A stretch of 64,000 bases of DNA from Gammaproteobacteria bacterium (GTDB lineage Bacteria; Pseudomonadota; Gammaproteobacteria; JAJDYQ01): assembly GCA_963662865.1 (NCBI GenBank), contig OY759969.1, forward strand, positions 1,903,742 to 1,967,741, in the 5' to 3' direction. The notes beneath the pieces are model-generated. The model was given only the letters and a program-made list of their open reading frames with translations. It did not search any database and was not told the DNA's origin. Every line of letters starts with the position of its first letter. Position 1 is the stretch's first letter. Positions 1 through 11,047 of the stretch are shown here, piece by piece. Position numbers and translations under genes: made by a program.

Positions 1-2754
1 CAGGGTGACGGTGATTGCTTTGGCGGCGCCTTCCATGACGTTGCCTGCGGTTCCCGCCAGGGTCACTGTGGTGGCGTCGTCGTCGGTTACCGTCGCTGTC
101 ACTGAGACCGGGGCGAGTGCGTTGTATAGGGCATCGCCCGTGGAGTTGATGGCGTGGGTAATGGTCACTTGCTGATTGGCGGCGTCGGCGTTGTTATCCA
201 GCCCGGCGACGGTGATGGTCTGGACCGTGTCCCAGTTGGTGGCGGTGAAGGTCAGGCTGCCGCTGACTATGGCGGTGTCCGTCATGCCTGAGGTGGGCGT
301 GATGGTGACGTTTGCGGTCGGTTGGGTGGCCAGCATCACGCCGTATTCGTCCGTGCCGCCGTTTTCGGTGAGCGTGGTGGCGTCGTTCGTTTCGGTGATG
401 GTCACGCCCGCCGTGTCGTCGTCGGTGATGGTGAAGGTGACGCGGTTGGCGGTTGGGGAGATGACGACGTCGGGAGGGGTACTTGAGGTACTCCGTCGCA
501 AGGTCAGGGTCACGGTCTGGTCCAGCTCGTCCACTGTGTCGCCGTTTATCCGAATCTTGCGCTGAAAGCTGCGGAGATTGGGGACAAGAACAGTCGGGTC
601 ATCTACACCCGACGAGCACTCGGCTAAAGCTTCAGCGTTGGTGTTAATGGCTGTTGCACTATTATCGGGGTCGGTGTACCGCCAGTCGGCACTGTCGCCA
701 AGGGTGGCGGTGCCGCTCAGACATATCTCGATTCCGAACCCCGCATTCGGACGTGGCGGGTCGATGGTTATCGTCACGGTCGCGCCGTCGGTAATGTCGG
801 AATCGCCCTCGGCGGCCATGGTGCGGTCCAGGCTGATTGATAGGGTGTGGACGGCGGCATCGCCTACCATCACGTCGAAGGTATTGTCGCTGGCGTGCGG
901 GTCGGCGCCGCCGCCGACATTGGTGGCCCGGCTGGCGAGGTCAAAGCCGTTGGCGCTGTCGTCGTTCGGGCCCAGTGCGATGGTGTAGGTCTCGGTGCCG
1001 CCGCCCTCGGCGGTGTCGTCGAGCGTCGTGGTCAGCACCAGGGTGGCGGTCTCGGCGCCTGCGCCTGCAAAGCTCAGCAACGGGGTGGCCGTGGCCTCTG
1101 CCGACAGGGTGACGCCGGTGCCGGCGGCTGCCAGGCTCCAGTCGTCTGTGGTGACTCCGGTGCCGCCGATTGACAGTGGCACGTCGATGATTTCGCCGGC
1201 TGTCAGTGCCCGACTCAGGGCGATGGTGAAACCCACTGTGCCGCCTTCGTCAATGGCGCCGGTGCCGCCGGTGCGGGTCAGGGAGACGACCGTGGGGTCG
1301 TCGTCGGTGATGGTGTAGGTGACGCGGTTGGCGTCCGGGTCGATAATGATGCTGGCGGGGGTGACGCCGCCAATCCGGCCCAAGGTTATTTGCAGTGTCT
1401 CGTCGGTTTCATCCACCGTGTCGCCTCTGGCGCGGACCCTGCCTATACGGCTGGGCCCGCTCGAAAACAAGGTTTCTAGATTTATGACGTGATTAAGGGC
1501 TAGAGTCGGAACAAAGGGGAACAGGACGTCTGTGAGGGCGAGACCGGTACTACCTGACACATCCAAACGGACAAACCCTGTCGCACCCGGCGGGTCGATG
1601 GTCAACGTCACGGTCGCACCGTCGCTCAAACCGGAATCGCCTTCGGCTCCCATTGCGGAGTCGATACTGAGCGACAAGACGTTGGCGTCGTCGTCAATGA
1701 CCTGGACCGAGGCCGAATTCTGGGAGGGGGACACGGTGTGGGCGATGGTGCCGAGCAAGGTGACGGTGACCGGGCCGCTGCCTTCTGACGTGGTGTCGGC
1801 CACGGTCGGCACGGAGTAGATGGCGCTGCCGGAGGTCGGCACGGTTACTGTCTGGGTGCCCTCGTTGGTGGAGGCCACGAAGTCGCGGCTGCCCGAGGCG
1901 TCGGCGACAAACAGGCTGACTGTCAGGGCCGCGCTGGGCGTGGGTGTTACGGTAATGGTGAAGCTGGCGGTGGCGCCTTCCGTCACCGGTGAGGTGCCGG
2001 CGGCGATGGTGATGACCGAAGCGCTCTGTGCCACTACAAAGATCGGGGACAGACCGAAGTAGCTTCTACGTGTACCGCTCGGTGAGTCAGCGCTACTCAA
2101 ACCATCAGCTGGCGACCCATATCTGACATTCGGTGCGAAATTCTGTCCCAATGTTCTAAGCGCACGGTCGGGAAATGCGGTTCCATTGTCGCGGCTGCCG
2201 GTATAGGCAGTGCCGGTTTGGGAGGCTCCATTTTCGTTGCGTCCTGCTGCGCTATTCCACGAGCCGTCGTGGAAGTCCGGGTAATTATCGGCGACCCGGG
2301 GGCCGTCCAGCCAGTAGATGGGCACGCCGGTACCGGTGGTCATGGCATGGTCGCGGGCGTCCACCGCGGTGGTTGAGTAGAGGGCGCGGAAGGTCGCGCT
2401 GTAGGGCCGGATGGCTGTGTGGCCGGCTGCGACGCGATTCCGCACGTGGATATCGTATTCGCTGGCGTTACGCGCGGTCGCATTGCGTGTGGTGGATGAG
2501 ATGAACAACAACCGGAAGCTTTCTCCGGCACCGATGGACGACGGTTTCAGTGCCCAATCCTGGGGGACGGTGTAGGTGCCGTCGGCATTGGCCGACTGGG
2601 CGGCGGCTTCGCTGGCCAGTGCTGCCAGCAGCGGCAGGCCGAGCAGCACGGCGGCCAGGCCGCGGCGCAGGGTGGAAAGGCTAAAGCGGTTCAGGACAGA
2701 GGCGAACCGATGGGATGCCGAGCGCCGCCCTGTGTCGGTGGCGAGGCTCAACAT
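1..2754 (-). CDS. Giant repeat adhesin, N-terminal part (gene continues beyond window start). Sec signal peptide, ~170-aa unknown N-domain, then Calx-beta/Ig-like ~115-aa repeats
   Basis: The minus-strand ATG at 2754..2752 opens with MLSLATDTGRRSASHRFASVLNRFSLSTLRRGLAAVLLGLPLLAALASEAAAQS, which is signal-peptide-like. The frame was checked codon by codon at 1..60 and stays open (..VTLAGTAGNVMEGAAKAITVTL), matching repeats of the 54641..64000 giant protein. The ORF track shows no complete minus-strand ORF here, consistent with the frame running off the edge. Plus-strand ORFs at 176..2062 are antisense shadows. Confidence 0.7.
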   Translation of the reverse strand, partial: MLSLATDTGRRSASHRFASVLNRFSLSTLRRGLAAVLLGLPLLAALASEAAAQSANADGTYTVPQDWALKPSSIGAGESFRLLFISSTTRNATARNASEYDIHVRNRVAAGHTAIRPYSATFRALYSTTAVDARDHAMTTGTGVPIYWLDGPRVADNYPDFHDGSWNSAAGRNENGASQTGTAYTGSRDNGTAFPDRALRTLGQNFAPNVRYGSPADGLSSADSPSGTRRSYFGLSPIFVVAQSASVITIAAGTSPVTEGATASFTITVTPTPSAALTVSLFVADASGSRDFVASTNEGTQTVTVPTSGSAIYSVPTVADTTSEGSGPVTVTLLGTIAHTVSPSQNSASVQVIDDDANVLSLSIDSAMGAEGDSGLSDGATVTLTIDPPGATGFVRLDVSGSTGLALTDVLFPFVPTLALNHVINLETLFSSGPSRIGRVRARGDTVDETDETLQITLGRIGGVTPASIIIDPDANRVTYTITDDDPTVVSLTRTGGTGAIDEGGTVGFTIALSRALTAGEIIDVPLSIGGTGVTTDDWSLAAAGTGVTLSAEATATPLLSFAGAGAETATLVLTTTLDDTAEGGGTETYTIALGPNDDSANGFDLASRATNVGGGADPHASDNTFDVMVGDAAVHTLSISLDRTMAAEGDSDITDGATVTITIDPPRPNAGFGIEICLSGTATLGDSADWRYTDPDNSATAINTNAEALAECSSGVDDPTVLVPNLRSFQRKIRINGDTVDELDQTVTLTLRRSTSSTPPDVVISPTANRVTFTITDDDTAGVTITETNDATTLTENGGTDEYGVMLATQPTANVTITPTSGMTDTAIVSGSLTFTATNWDTVQTITVAGLDNNADAANQQVTITHAINSTGDALYNALAPVSVTATVTDDDATTVTLAGTAGNVMEGAAKAITVTL

Positions 2755-2767
2755 AAATACCCCATTT

Positions 2768-2790
2768 GGGGGGGGGGGGGGGGGGGGGGG
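2768..2790. repeat. Homopolymeric G23 tract (C23 on coding strand), 13 nt upstream of the giant adhesin start codon
   Basis: Directly visible: cccatttg(g)23cattaaattg. Minus strand reads TTTAATG-C23-AAATGGGGTATTT-ATG. Confidence 0.95.
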
Positions 2791-3145
2791 CATTAAATTG
2801 TGTAGGTCGCCTGTGGCCGCTTGCAGGGGCTTTGTCATCATGATAAATTCCTCTCTCTCCAATGAAAAGCAAGCGGCTTTGCGGGCCGCTTCATTCTTAC
2901 ATCCGCTGTTGTCTGTTGCCGGTGCGGGTTCCGGGGGCGTTGCCGATTCCAGACCTGTGTCATACCGGCAATTTGAACCAATCTTAGCCACATCCGGGAC
3001 GCATTGCAAGCCTTTTTTTTGTTTTTAGTTGCACGGCGTGGTTCGAGTTTGTGGTGATGCATCGCTTTTTATTTCGTTTGCATCGGGGTTTAATTAACTG
3101 TTCGGGTGAATTAAACTTCGTTCTTTTTGCTATCAGGGGGTCAGT

Positions 3146-3709
3146 ATGGTCAGTCTGGAGACACCGGTTTGTGATTTTAACCGGCCCGCCATTGATTTTT
3201 CATTGTCGGGCGTGGATGGAAAGACCTGGACGTTACGGGATTGTGCGGGCGAGAAGGGTCTGCTGGTCATGTTTATCTGCAATCATTGTCCGTATGTCAA
3301 GGCGGTCAGGGACAGGATTGTACGGGATACCGATGGGCTTAAACCGATGGGGCTGAATAGTGTCGCTATCATGTCAAACGACCCGACGCAGTATGAGGAG
3401 GATTCCTTTGAAAATATGCGGATGGTTGCGGAGGAGTACGGCTTTGGTTTTCCTTATCTGCTGGATGAGACTCAGGCCGTGGCCAGGGCCTATGGCGCGG
3501 TATGTACTCCCGATTTCTTTGGCTATAACGCGGACCTGAAGCTGCAGTACCGTGGCCGCCTGGATGAGAGCCGTAAAGAGGCTGCGGGACCGGGGGTGCG
3601 CCGGGAGCTGTTCGAGGCGATGAGGCTGGTTGCCGAGACGGGCCGGGGGCCGGCTGATCAGGTGCAGAGTATTGGCTGTTCCATTAAGTGGATCGGCGAG
3701 TCGCTTTAA
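3146..3709 (+). CDS. Thioredoxin-fold thiol-disulfide oxidoreductase (AhpC/TSA-redoxin family)
   Basis: 187 aa with a CxxC motif (FICNHCPY) in a thioredoxin-like context. Confidence 0.7.
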   Translation: MVSLETPVCDFNRPAIDFSLSGVDGKTWTLRDCAGEKGLLVMFICNHCPYVKAVRDRIVRDTDGLKPMGLNSVAIMSNDPTQYEEDSFENMRMVAEEYGFGFPYLLDETQAVARAYGAVCTPDFFGYNADLKLQYRGRLDESRKEAAGPGVRRELFEAMRLVAETGRGPADQVQSIGCSIKWIGESL

Positions 3710-3951
3710 GGTCGTCAGTCGTTTGTTATCCGCTTGTCGTATTCTTTCGGTTTATTGGCTTATAAGCAATCTTGACCATGCGGTGTGTTGCGGGGTGGGG
3801 GCGATTCAGCGAGAATAAGCGACTTTGCGTTCGGCCTGAGTGGGGTGTCCTGGTTTCATGGTCGGGCTGTATGACGCAGGAATGGGTTAAGTTGGTCAGT
3901 CGGTGTTGCCGGGTTTGACGGAATCCATTATTTCTTGAGGAGGACAGCGCT

Positions 3952-5949
3952 ATGCCATCGCGTTTTGATCTGGCGAATGCCATCCGTGTGTTGAGCATGG
4001 ATGCTGTACAGAAGGCCCATTCCGGTCACCCGGGTGCCCCTATGGGCATGGCGGATATCGCCGAGGTGCTCTGGAATGACTATATGAAGCATAATCCGGA
4101 AAATCCGAATTGGGCGGACCGTGACCGTTTTGTGCTTTCCAACGGCCATGGTTCCATGCTGATTTACTCTTTGTTGCACCTGACGGGTTACGATCTGGGC
4201 ATGGATGACCTGAAGAATTTCAGGCAATTGCATTCCAGAACGCCGGGACACCCTGAATACGGCTATGCGCCGGGTATTGAGACTACTACCGGTCCTTTGG
4301 GTCAGGGGATTACCAACGCCGTGGGTATGGCGATTGCCGAACGTGCGCTGGCCGCGGGGTTTAATCGGGACGAGTATGTCGTTGTGGATCACCATACTTA
4401 TGTGTTCCTGGGCGACGGCTGCCTGATGGAGGGCATCTCTCATGAGGCCTGTTCGCTGGCGGGTACGCTGGGGCTGGGTAAGCTGATCGCTTTCTGGGAT
4501 GATAATGGTATCTCTATTGACGGCCATGTTGAGGGCTGGTTTACCGACGATACGCCCCGCCGCTTTGAGTCTTATGGCTGGCATGTGGTTGCCGATGTTG
4601 ATGGCCACGACCCGGAGATCGTGAACGGGGCTATTGAGGAGGCCCGGTCTGTGACTGACAGGCCTTCCATAATCTGCTGTAAAACCACGATTGGTTTTGG
4701 TTCTCCAAACAAGGCGGGCTCTCATGCCTGTCATGGCGCACCACTGGGCGATGATGAAATTGCCCTGGCCCGGAGGGAGTTGGGCTGGGGGTACGATGCG
4801 TTTGTGATTCCCGATGAGATTTACGCCGGTTGGGACGGTAGATCGAAAGGCCGTGCGGCGGAATCGGCCTGGACAGCGAGGTTTGCCGCTTATGAGGCGG
4901 TCTATCCTGAGCTGGCCGCGGAATTCAGGCGTCGCATGGCGGATGAGCGTCCCGCCGACTGGCTGAATAAGGTGGCCGAGTTTGTTTATGAGTGTAACGA
5001 TAAGGCCGAAAACAAGGCGACACGTCAGGCTTCGCTGACTTCTATTGAGACTTATTGTCGCGCATTGCCTGAGTTGTTTGGCGGTTCCGCCGATCTGGGC
5101 TGCTCGAATCTGACCGAGTGGTCCGGTTACAAACCAATGCGTGGCGATGCGCCTGAGTCTAATTATATTAACTATGGTGTACGCGAGTTTGGTATGTCTG
5201 CTGTTATGAATGGTATTGCTCTGCATGGTGGCTTTATCCCATTCGGGGCGACCTTTTTGATGTTCTCGGAGTATGCGCGTAATGCTATTCGTATGGCGGC
5301 GCTGATGAAGCTGCGCTGTCTGTTTGTGTTTACTCACGACTCAATCGGTCTGGGTGAGGACGGGCCTACGCATCAGGCGATTGAGCAGATTCCTACGCTG
5401 CGTATGATCCCGAATATGGATGTATGGCGCCCATGTGACACGGTGGAGTGTGCCGTTGCCTGGGCTGCGGCTGTCGGACGTGCTGATGGCCCAAGCTGTT
5501 TGATTTTCTCCCGCCAAAAGCTGATTCACCAGCGGCGCACTGCTGACCAGATCGCCGGTATCAGCCGGGGGGGCTATGTCCTGAAAGATTCTGATGGCAC
5601 TCCTGATGTTATTGTTATTGCCACGGGTTCCGAGGTTGGTGTCGCTATGGAGGCCGCTGCGGCCAGCAGCAAAAATGTCCGCGTGGTCTCGATGCCTGCA
5701 ACCACTGTTTTTGACGCGCAGGACGATGACTATAAAAAGTCTGTTTTGCCGCCATCTGTTACAGCGCGTGTAGCGGTGGAAGCGGCGGTAACGGATGGCT
5801 GGTATAAATATGTCGGGTGCAACGGCAGGGTGGTCGGCATTGACCGTTTTGGCGAATCGGCACCGGCCGGTGAACTTTTCAGATACTTTGGCTTTACCGC
5901 TGAAAATGTCGGTAAGGCGATCGACGAGGTGTGTGTAACCGATTTTTAG
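3952..5949 (+). CDS. tkt: Transketolase
   Basis: 665 aa. Contains the TPP-binding motif [12 protein letters not shown] and the GDGCLMEG motif. RBS GAGGAG lies upstream. Confidence 0.95.
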   Translation: MPSRFDLANAIRVLSMDAVQKAHSGHPGAPMGMADIAEVLWNDYMKHNPENPNWADRDRFVLSNGHGSMLIYSLLHLTGYDLGMDDLKNFRQLHSRTPGHPEYGYAPGIETTTGPLGQGITNAVGMAIAERALAAGFNRDEYVVVDHHTYVFLGDGCLMEGISHEACSLAGTLGLGKLIAFWDDNGISIDGHVEGWFTDDTPRRFESYGWHVVADVDGHDPEIVNGAIEEARSVTDRPSIICCKTTIGFGSPNKAGSHACHGAPLGDDEIALARRELGWGYDAFVIPDEIYAGWDGRSKGRAAESAWTARFAAYEAVYPELAAEFRRRMADERPADWLNKVAEFVYECNDKAENKATRQASLTSIETYCRALPELFGGSADLGCSNLTEWSGYKPMRGDAPESNYINYGVREFGMSAVMNGIALHGGFIPFGATFLMFSEYARNAIRMAALMKLRCLFVFTHDSIGLGEDGPTHQAIEQIPTLRMIPNMDVWRPCDTVECAVAWAAAVGRADGPSCLIFSRQKLIHQRRTADQIAGISRGGYVLKDSDGTPDVIVIATGSEVGVAMEAAAASSKNVRVVSMPATTVFDAQDDDYKKSVLPPSVTARVAVEAAVTDGWYKYVGCNGRVVGIDRFGESAPAGELFRYFGFTAENVGKAIDEVCVTDF

Positions 5950-6005
5950 GGGCTCTTGCGGAGGCCCGGTGTTTTGAAATTTCTATATTTTCAGGAGAAT
6001 AAATA

Positions 6006-7010
6006 ATGGCTATTCGAGTCGGTATTAATGGTTTTGGTCGTATTGGTCGTATGGCGTTTCGCGCTATTGTAAAGGATTTTTCTGATATTCAGGTTGTTGG
6101 TATTAATGATCTGCTGGATGCGGATTATCTGGCTTACATGCTGAAGCATGATTCTGTGCACGGTCGCTTTGACGGCAATATCTCTGTGGATGGCAAGAAT
6201 CTGGTGGTCAATAATAATATCATCCGTCTGACTGCGGAGCGTGATCCGGCCAATCTGGCCTGGGGTGCGCTTGATGTCGATATCGTCATTGAGTGTACGG
6301 GTTTCTTTCTGACTGAAGAGACCTGCCGGAAGCATGTTGGTGCTGGCGCGAAGAAGGTTGTTCAATCGGCTCCTTCCAAAGATGGTACACCGATGTTTGT
6401 ATATGGCGTCAATCATGAAACTTATGCGGGTCAGACGATTGTTTCGGCCGCTTCCTGTACGACTAACTGTCTGGCACCTGTTGCTAAGGTTCTGAATGAC
6501 CGATGGGGTATTAAGCGTGGCTTAATGACGACTGTTCATGCCGCTACGGCGACGCAGAAGACTGTTGATGGTCCTTCGGCGAAGGACTGGCGTGGTGGTC
6601 GCGGTATCCTGGAAAATATTATTCCCTCTTCAACCGGTGCGGCTAAGGCTGTCGGGGTGGTTTTGCCGGAACTGAATGGCCGGCTGACCGGTATGTCTTT
6701 TCGTGTGCCGACTTCTGATGTTTCTGTGGTCGATCTGACCTGTGAGTTGCGCAATAAGGCTTCATATGACGAAATCTGCGCGGCGATGAAGGAGGCGTCC
6801 GGGACAGCAGGTATCGGCGATACACTGGCTTACACTGACGAGAAGGTGGTTTCCACTGACTTTCGTGGTAATACTCATTCCTCTATCTTTGATGCCGGAG
6901 CGGGTATTGCGCTGGACGATACTTTTGTCAAACTGGTGAGCTGGTACGACAACGAGTATGGCTACACCTGCAATATGCTGCGTTTTGTACGGCACGTTGC
7001 GGCTAATTAA
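6006..7010 (+). CDS. gap: Glyceraldehyde-3-phosphate dehydrogenase
   Basis: 334 aa. [12 protein letters not shown]-binding motif and the SCTTNCLAP active-site motif. Confidence 0.95.
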   Translation: MAIRVGINGFGRIGRMAFRAIVKDFSDIQVVGINDLLDADYLAYMLKHDSVHGRFDGNISVDGKNLVVNNNIIRLTAERDPANLAWGALDVDIVIECTGFFLTEETCRKHVGAGAKKVVQSAPSKDGTPMFVYGVNHETYAGQTIVSAASCTTNCLAPVAKVLNDRWGIKRGLMTTVHAATATQKTVDGPSAKDWRGGRGILENIIPSSTGAAKAVGVVLPELNGRLTGMSFRVPTSDVSVVDLTCELRNKASYDEICAAMKEASGTAGIGDTLAYTDEKVVSTDFRGNTHSSIFDAGAGIALDDTFVKLVSWYDNEYGYTCNMLRFVRHVAAN

Positions 7011-7095
7011 GCCATGCGGTCTTTTTGCCCGGTTGCCGTGTTGCCGATGAGTCGGGTGTTCGCGTGCCTGCGTTGCCTGATGCTGCATTGTTGCG

Positions 7096-8289
7096 GTGAT
7101 AATTAAGGTGTCTTTTATCAAGCTGACTGACCTTGATCTGGCTGGCAGGCGTGTGCTGATTCGCGCCGATCTCAATGTCCCTGTCAGGGATGGCAGGGTG
7201 GTTTCTGATGCGCGTATTACGGCCTCTATGCCAACGATTGAGCATTGCATGAAGGCGGGTGCCAGGGTTCAGGTCATGTCTCACCGCGGGCGTCCCGAAG
7301 AAGGCCGGGCCGATGATGAGCATTCAATGCGGCCTGTGGCAGATGATATGGCCGCCAGGCTGGGCGTAAAGGTCCGTTTGATCAGGGATTATCCGGACAA
7401 CCCTCCTGATGTTGCGCAGGGTGAGTGTGTGTTGTTTGAAAACGTGCGTTTTAATGCCGGGGAGAAGAAGGACAGCGAGGGCCTCGCAAGGAAATATGCG
7501 GCATTGTGTGATGTCTTCGTGATGGATGCCTTTGGCACGGCTCATCGTGCCCAGGCTTCAACTCATGGTGTTGGTCTGTATGCCCCGGTAGCCTGTGCCG
7601 GCCTGTTGTTGTCGGATGAGCTGGATAATCTGTCTAAAGCACTGGCTAAACCGGCTCGTCCAATGGTCGCCATTGTGGGCGGTTCCAAGGTTTCCACCAA
7701 GCTGACTGTCCTGGAGGCTCTGTCCGAGAAGGTGGATCAACTGGTTGTGGGTGGTGGTATTGCCAATACCTTTCTGAAGGCTATGGGGCACAATGTCGGT
7801 AAGTCATTGTGTGAGGATGATCTGGTTGATACGGCAAGGGGGCTGATTGAGAAGATGAAGGCCCGCGGTGCCAATATCCCAATTGCGGTTGATGTGGTTG
7901 TTGGTAAGGGGCTGTCTGAAGATGCCGAGGCAACTTTGAAGGACGCGGCTGATGTGGCAGACGATGATATGATTTTTGATATTGGCCCCAGGTCCGCACA
8001 GGTGCTGGCCGGTATTATTGCCGGGGCGGGGACTGTTGTCTGGAATGGCCCTGTTGGCGTGTTTGAGTTTGATCAGTTCGGCGATGGTACCCGGACCGTA
8101 TCTACGGTCATTGCTGATTCGAGCTGCTTCTCTCTGGCCGGTGGCGGCGATACGATTGCGGCAATCCAGAAGTACGGTATCTATGATCAGGTTTCATATG
8201 TCTCTACTGCGGGTGGCGCATTCCTTGAATATCTGGAGGGCAGGACATTGCCTGCTGTTGCCATGCTGGAGGCCCGGGCGAGCGGGTAA
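7096..8289 (+). CDS. pgk: Phosphoglycerate kinase (true start probably the GTG at 7108, MSFIKLTDL..)
   Basis: Contains [20 protein letters not shown], collinear with the E. coli Pgk N-terminus. Confidence 0.9.
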   Translation: MIIKVSFIKLTDLDLAGRRVLIRADLNVPVRDGRVVSDARITASMPTIEHCMKAGARVQVMSHRGRPEEGRADDEHSMRPVADDMAARLGVKVRLIRDYPDNPPDVAQGECVLFENVRFNAGEKKDSEGLARKYAALCDVFVMDAFGTAHRAQASTHGVGLYAPVACAGLLLSDELDNLSKALAKPARPMVAIVGGSKVSTKLTVLEALSEKVDQLVVGGGIANTFLKAMGHNVGKSLCEDDLVDTARGLIEKMKARGANIPIAVDVVVGKGLSEDAEATLKDAADVADDDMIFDIGPRSAQVLAGIIAGAGTVVWNGPVGVFEFDQFGDGTRTVSTVIADSSCFSLAGGGDTIAAIQKYGIYDQVSYVSTAGGAFLEYLEGRTLPAVAMLEARASG

Positions 8290-8332
8290 GCCGGGGATTA
8301 AGGCCATTAGAGACCACGGGAAAGCGAATCTC

Positions 8333-9793
8333 ATGCCAAGAAGGACCAAGATTGTTGCCACCCTGGGGCCGGCCACAGATGAGCCCAGGGCCCTGGATGA
8401 GTTGATTCAATCGGGTGTTGATGTCTGCCGTATCAATTTTTCTCATGGTTCAGCCGAGGAGCACAGGGTTCGTGTCGAAACCGTTCGTAACCGTGCCCGT
8501 GCCTGCGGGCGTCAGATCGGGATTATTGCTGATTTGCAAGGCCCCAAGATTCGTATCGGTTCATTCAGGAATGGTTCCGTCGAATTGACTGAAGGTACCA
8601 TGTTCGCGCTGGATGCGGATATGGATATTGCAGCGGGTGATGGAACTGCGGTCGGTATCCTCTACAAGTCTTTACCCGATGATGTGATCCGCGGCGATAC
8701 TTTGTTGCTTGATGACGGCGCTATCGTATTGTGGGTGGATGATGTTGAAGGATCTAAAATACACTGTCGCGTCGTGGTGGGCGGGACGCTTTCAGATAAG
8801 AAAGGCATCAACAAGCAGGGGGGTGGCCTGTCAGCGACTGCGCTGACCGGAAAGGATATGCAGGATATTAAAACAGCGGCCGAGCTTGAAACAGATTATC
8901 TGGCCCTGTCTTTTCCTCGCAATGCCGAAGATGTCAATCTGGCTCGTGACCTGTTGCGTAAGGCCGGCGGGCATGGCGGCATAATTGCCAAGATTGAGCG
9001 TGCCGAGGCGTTGACCAGTATTGATGAGATCATTGAGGCTGCTGACGCCATCATGATTGCCCGTGGTGATCTGGGCGTGGAAATCGGTGATCCGGAATTG
9101 CCGGGGGTGCAGAAAAAACTGGTCGCCCGGGCCCGTAAAATGAATCGTGTGGTCATTACGGCCACGCAAATGATGCAGTCCATGACCGAGAATCATACTC
9201 CGACCCGTGCGGAGGTTATGGATGTGGCAAATGCCGTGCTGGATGGTACCGATGCGGTCATGCTGTCAGCAGAGACATCGGTCGGTAAGCATCCTGCAAA
9301 AGTGGTTGCTGCCATGGGTAAGATTTGCCGGGGTGCCGAGAAACAGCGCGAGGCTATGATTTCTAATCATCGCACGGGTACGACTTTCGATTATATTGAT
9401 GAGGCTATCGCCATGGCGACCATGTACACGGCGAATCACCTGGGCGTCGCAGCGATTATTTCTCTTACTGAGTCAGGTGCAACGCCTCTATGGATGTCCC
9501 GTATCAGCTCGGGTATCCCGATCTATGCGATGACTTCCCGCGTGAAAACACGCCGTAAGGTGACGTTGTATCGGGGGGTCTATCCGGTTAGTTTCAAGTC
9601 GGATTTTGCCGATCACACCATCGTCAATAAGGAGACCGTTGATGATCTGGTACGGCGTGGTGCGGTGCGCGATGGGGATCTGGTAATTATTACCAAGGGC
9701 GATCTGGCCGGTATTACCGGGGGAACCAATGCGATGAAGGTTGTTAAGGTCGGGGAATTGCACGCTCCGGAATATTGTAAAATTGATTCATGA
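8333..9793 (+). CDS. pyk: Pyruvate kinase
   Basis: Internal ATG at 8333 gives MPRRTKIVATLGPATD.., 486 aa, a typical PK start. The longer ORF from 7976 overlaps pgk and is rejected. Confidence 0.9.
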   Translation: MPRRTKIVATLGPATDEPRALDELIQSGVDVCRINFSHGSAEEHRVRVETVRNRARACGRQIGIIADLQGPKIRIGSFRNGSVELTEGTMFALDADMDIAAGDGTAVGILYKSLPDDVIRGDTLLLDDGAIVLWVDDVEGSKIHCRVVVGGTLSDKKGINKQGGGLSATALTGKDMQDIKTAAELETDYLALSFPRNAEDVNLARDLLRKAGGHGGIIAKIERAEALTSIDEIIEAADAIMIARGDLGVEIGDPELPGVQKKLVARARKMNRVVITATQMMQSMTENHTPTRAEVMDVANAVLDGTDAVMLSAETSVGKHPAKVVAAMGKICRGAEKQREAMISNHRTGTTFDYIDEAIAMATMYTANHLGVAAIISLTESGATPLWMSRISSGIPIYAMTSRVKTRRKVTLYRGVYPVSFKSDFADHTIVNKETVDDLVRRGAVRDGDLVIITKGDLAGITGGTNAMKVVKVGELHAPEYCKIDS

Positions 9794-9847
9794 GGCTTTC
9801 GTTTACGGACGAAAAATTAGATTGTTAAAACAAGTGAGGAGATAGTA

Positions 9848-10912
9848 ATGGCTCTTATTTCAATGCGACAATTGCTGGATTATGCCGCCGAAAATGATTT
9901 CGGCATGCCGGCTTTCAATGTAAACAACATGGAACAGGTTCACTCCATCATGCAGGCTGCGGATGCAGTGGACAGCCCGGTTATCATGCAGGGTTCCGCC
10001 GGTGCGCGTTCCTATGCGGGCGAACCGTTTCTGCGCCACCTGATTATTGCGGCTGTTGAGCAGTATCCGCATATTCCGGTTGTTATGCACCAGGACCATG
10101 GTTCTGAACCGGCGGTATGTCTGCGTTCTATTCAGTCCGGCTTTTCATCCGTCATGATGGATGGTTCGCTGATGACTGATATGAAGACCCCGGCTACTTT
10201 TGAATATAACGTCGATGTAACCAGCCAGGTTGTTGAGATTGCCCATGCCGGCGGTGTGACCGTGGAAGGCGAGCTGGGTTGTCTGGGTTCGCTGGAAACC
10301 GGTGAAATGGGTGAGGAAGACGGCCATGGTGCGGAAGGCAAGCTGGGCATGGATATGCTGCTGACTGACCCTGAAGAGGCCGCCCGGTTTGTCAAGGCGA
10401 CGGGGGTTGATGCACTGGCCATCGCTATCGGAACTTCCCATGGCGCATACAAGTTCACTAAAGAACCTACCGGTGACATTCTGCGTATTGATCGCATCAA
10501 GGAAATTCACAAGCGTATTCCCGATACACATCTGGTTATGCATGGTTCTTCTTCCGTACCTCAGGACTGGCTGGAAATTATCAATAACCACGGTGGTGAC
10601 ATGGGCCAGACTTACGGTGTTCCGGTTGAGGAAATACAGGAAGGCATCAAACATGGGGTGCGTAAGGTTAATATCGATACGGATCTGCGGATGGCTTCTA
10701 CCGGCGCGATTCGTAAGCATTTGATTGATAATCCTGCCAACTTCGACCCGCGCAAGTTTCTGAAGGCTTCCACAGCGGCCATGAAGGATATTTGTCAGGC
10801 GCGTTTTGAGGCTTTCGGTTGTGCGGGCCACGCTACCAGGATCAAGCCTGTTTCTCTCGACAATATGGTTGTGAGTTATGCAAGCGGGGAGCTGGACCCG
10901 AAGGTCAGCTAA
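9848..10912 (+). CDS. fba: Fructose-bisphosphate aldolase class II (Calvin-cycle/CbbA type)
   Basis: 354 aa. [27 protein letters not shown] is a typical class II FBA N-terminus. RBS GAGGAG lies upstream. Confidence 0.9.
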   Translation: MALISMRQLLDYAAENDFGMPAFNVNNMEQVHSIMQAADAVDSPVIMQGSAGARSYAGEPFLRHLIIAAVEQYPHIPVVMHQDHGSEPAVCLRSIQSGFSSVMMDGSLMTDMKTPATFEYNVDVTSQVVEIAHAGGVTVEGELGCLGSLETGEMGEEDGHGAEGKLGMDMLLTDPEEAARFVKATGVDALAIAIGTSHGAYKFTKEPTGDILRIDRIKEIHKRIPDTHLVMHGSSSVPQDWLEIINNHGGDMGQTYGVPVEEIQEGIKHGVRKVNIDTDLRMASTGAIRKHLIDNPANFDPRKFLKASTAAMKDICQARFEAFGCAGHATRIKPVSLDNMVVSYASGELDPKVS

Positions 10913-11047
10913 ACCGGCTTTTGTTTGCAATACGCAAAAGGGGGCTGGCGTTCATCACTACCCATGCCTCTCGCCCGGAGTGCGCGAGTTAATAAGATCA
11001 TCATCCTGTTTGATGCGCAGCAAACAGGTTGTTGTGGGAGAACATAA

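Noticed and set aside
176-2531. Many plus-strand ORFs (for example 176..565, 578..988, 995..1318, 2175..2504) with V/S/A/R-rich translations
   Set aside because: These are antisense shadow ORFs of the GC-rich repetitive giant adhesin gene on the minus strand. The minus frame is continuous and encodes coherent domain repeats.
2856-2885. Hairpin AAGCGGC-N7-GCCGCTT upstream of the left-edge giant gene
   Set aside because: It has a plausible stem, but no gene on either strand ends here. It cannot be supported as a terminator and may be a regulatory structure or chance.
3928-5337. 469-aa minus-strand ORF
   Set aside because: It is fully antisense to transketolase, which has clear conserved motifs, and has no recognisable features of its own.
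7976-8332. N-terminal 119-aa extension of the pyruvate kinase ORF
   Set aside because: It overlaps the pgk 3' end in another frame. The conserved PK N-terminus begins at the internal ATG at 8333.
10145-10930. 261-aa minus-strand ORF
   Set aside because: It is antisense to fba and is a spurious shadow ORF.
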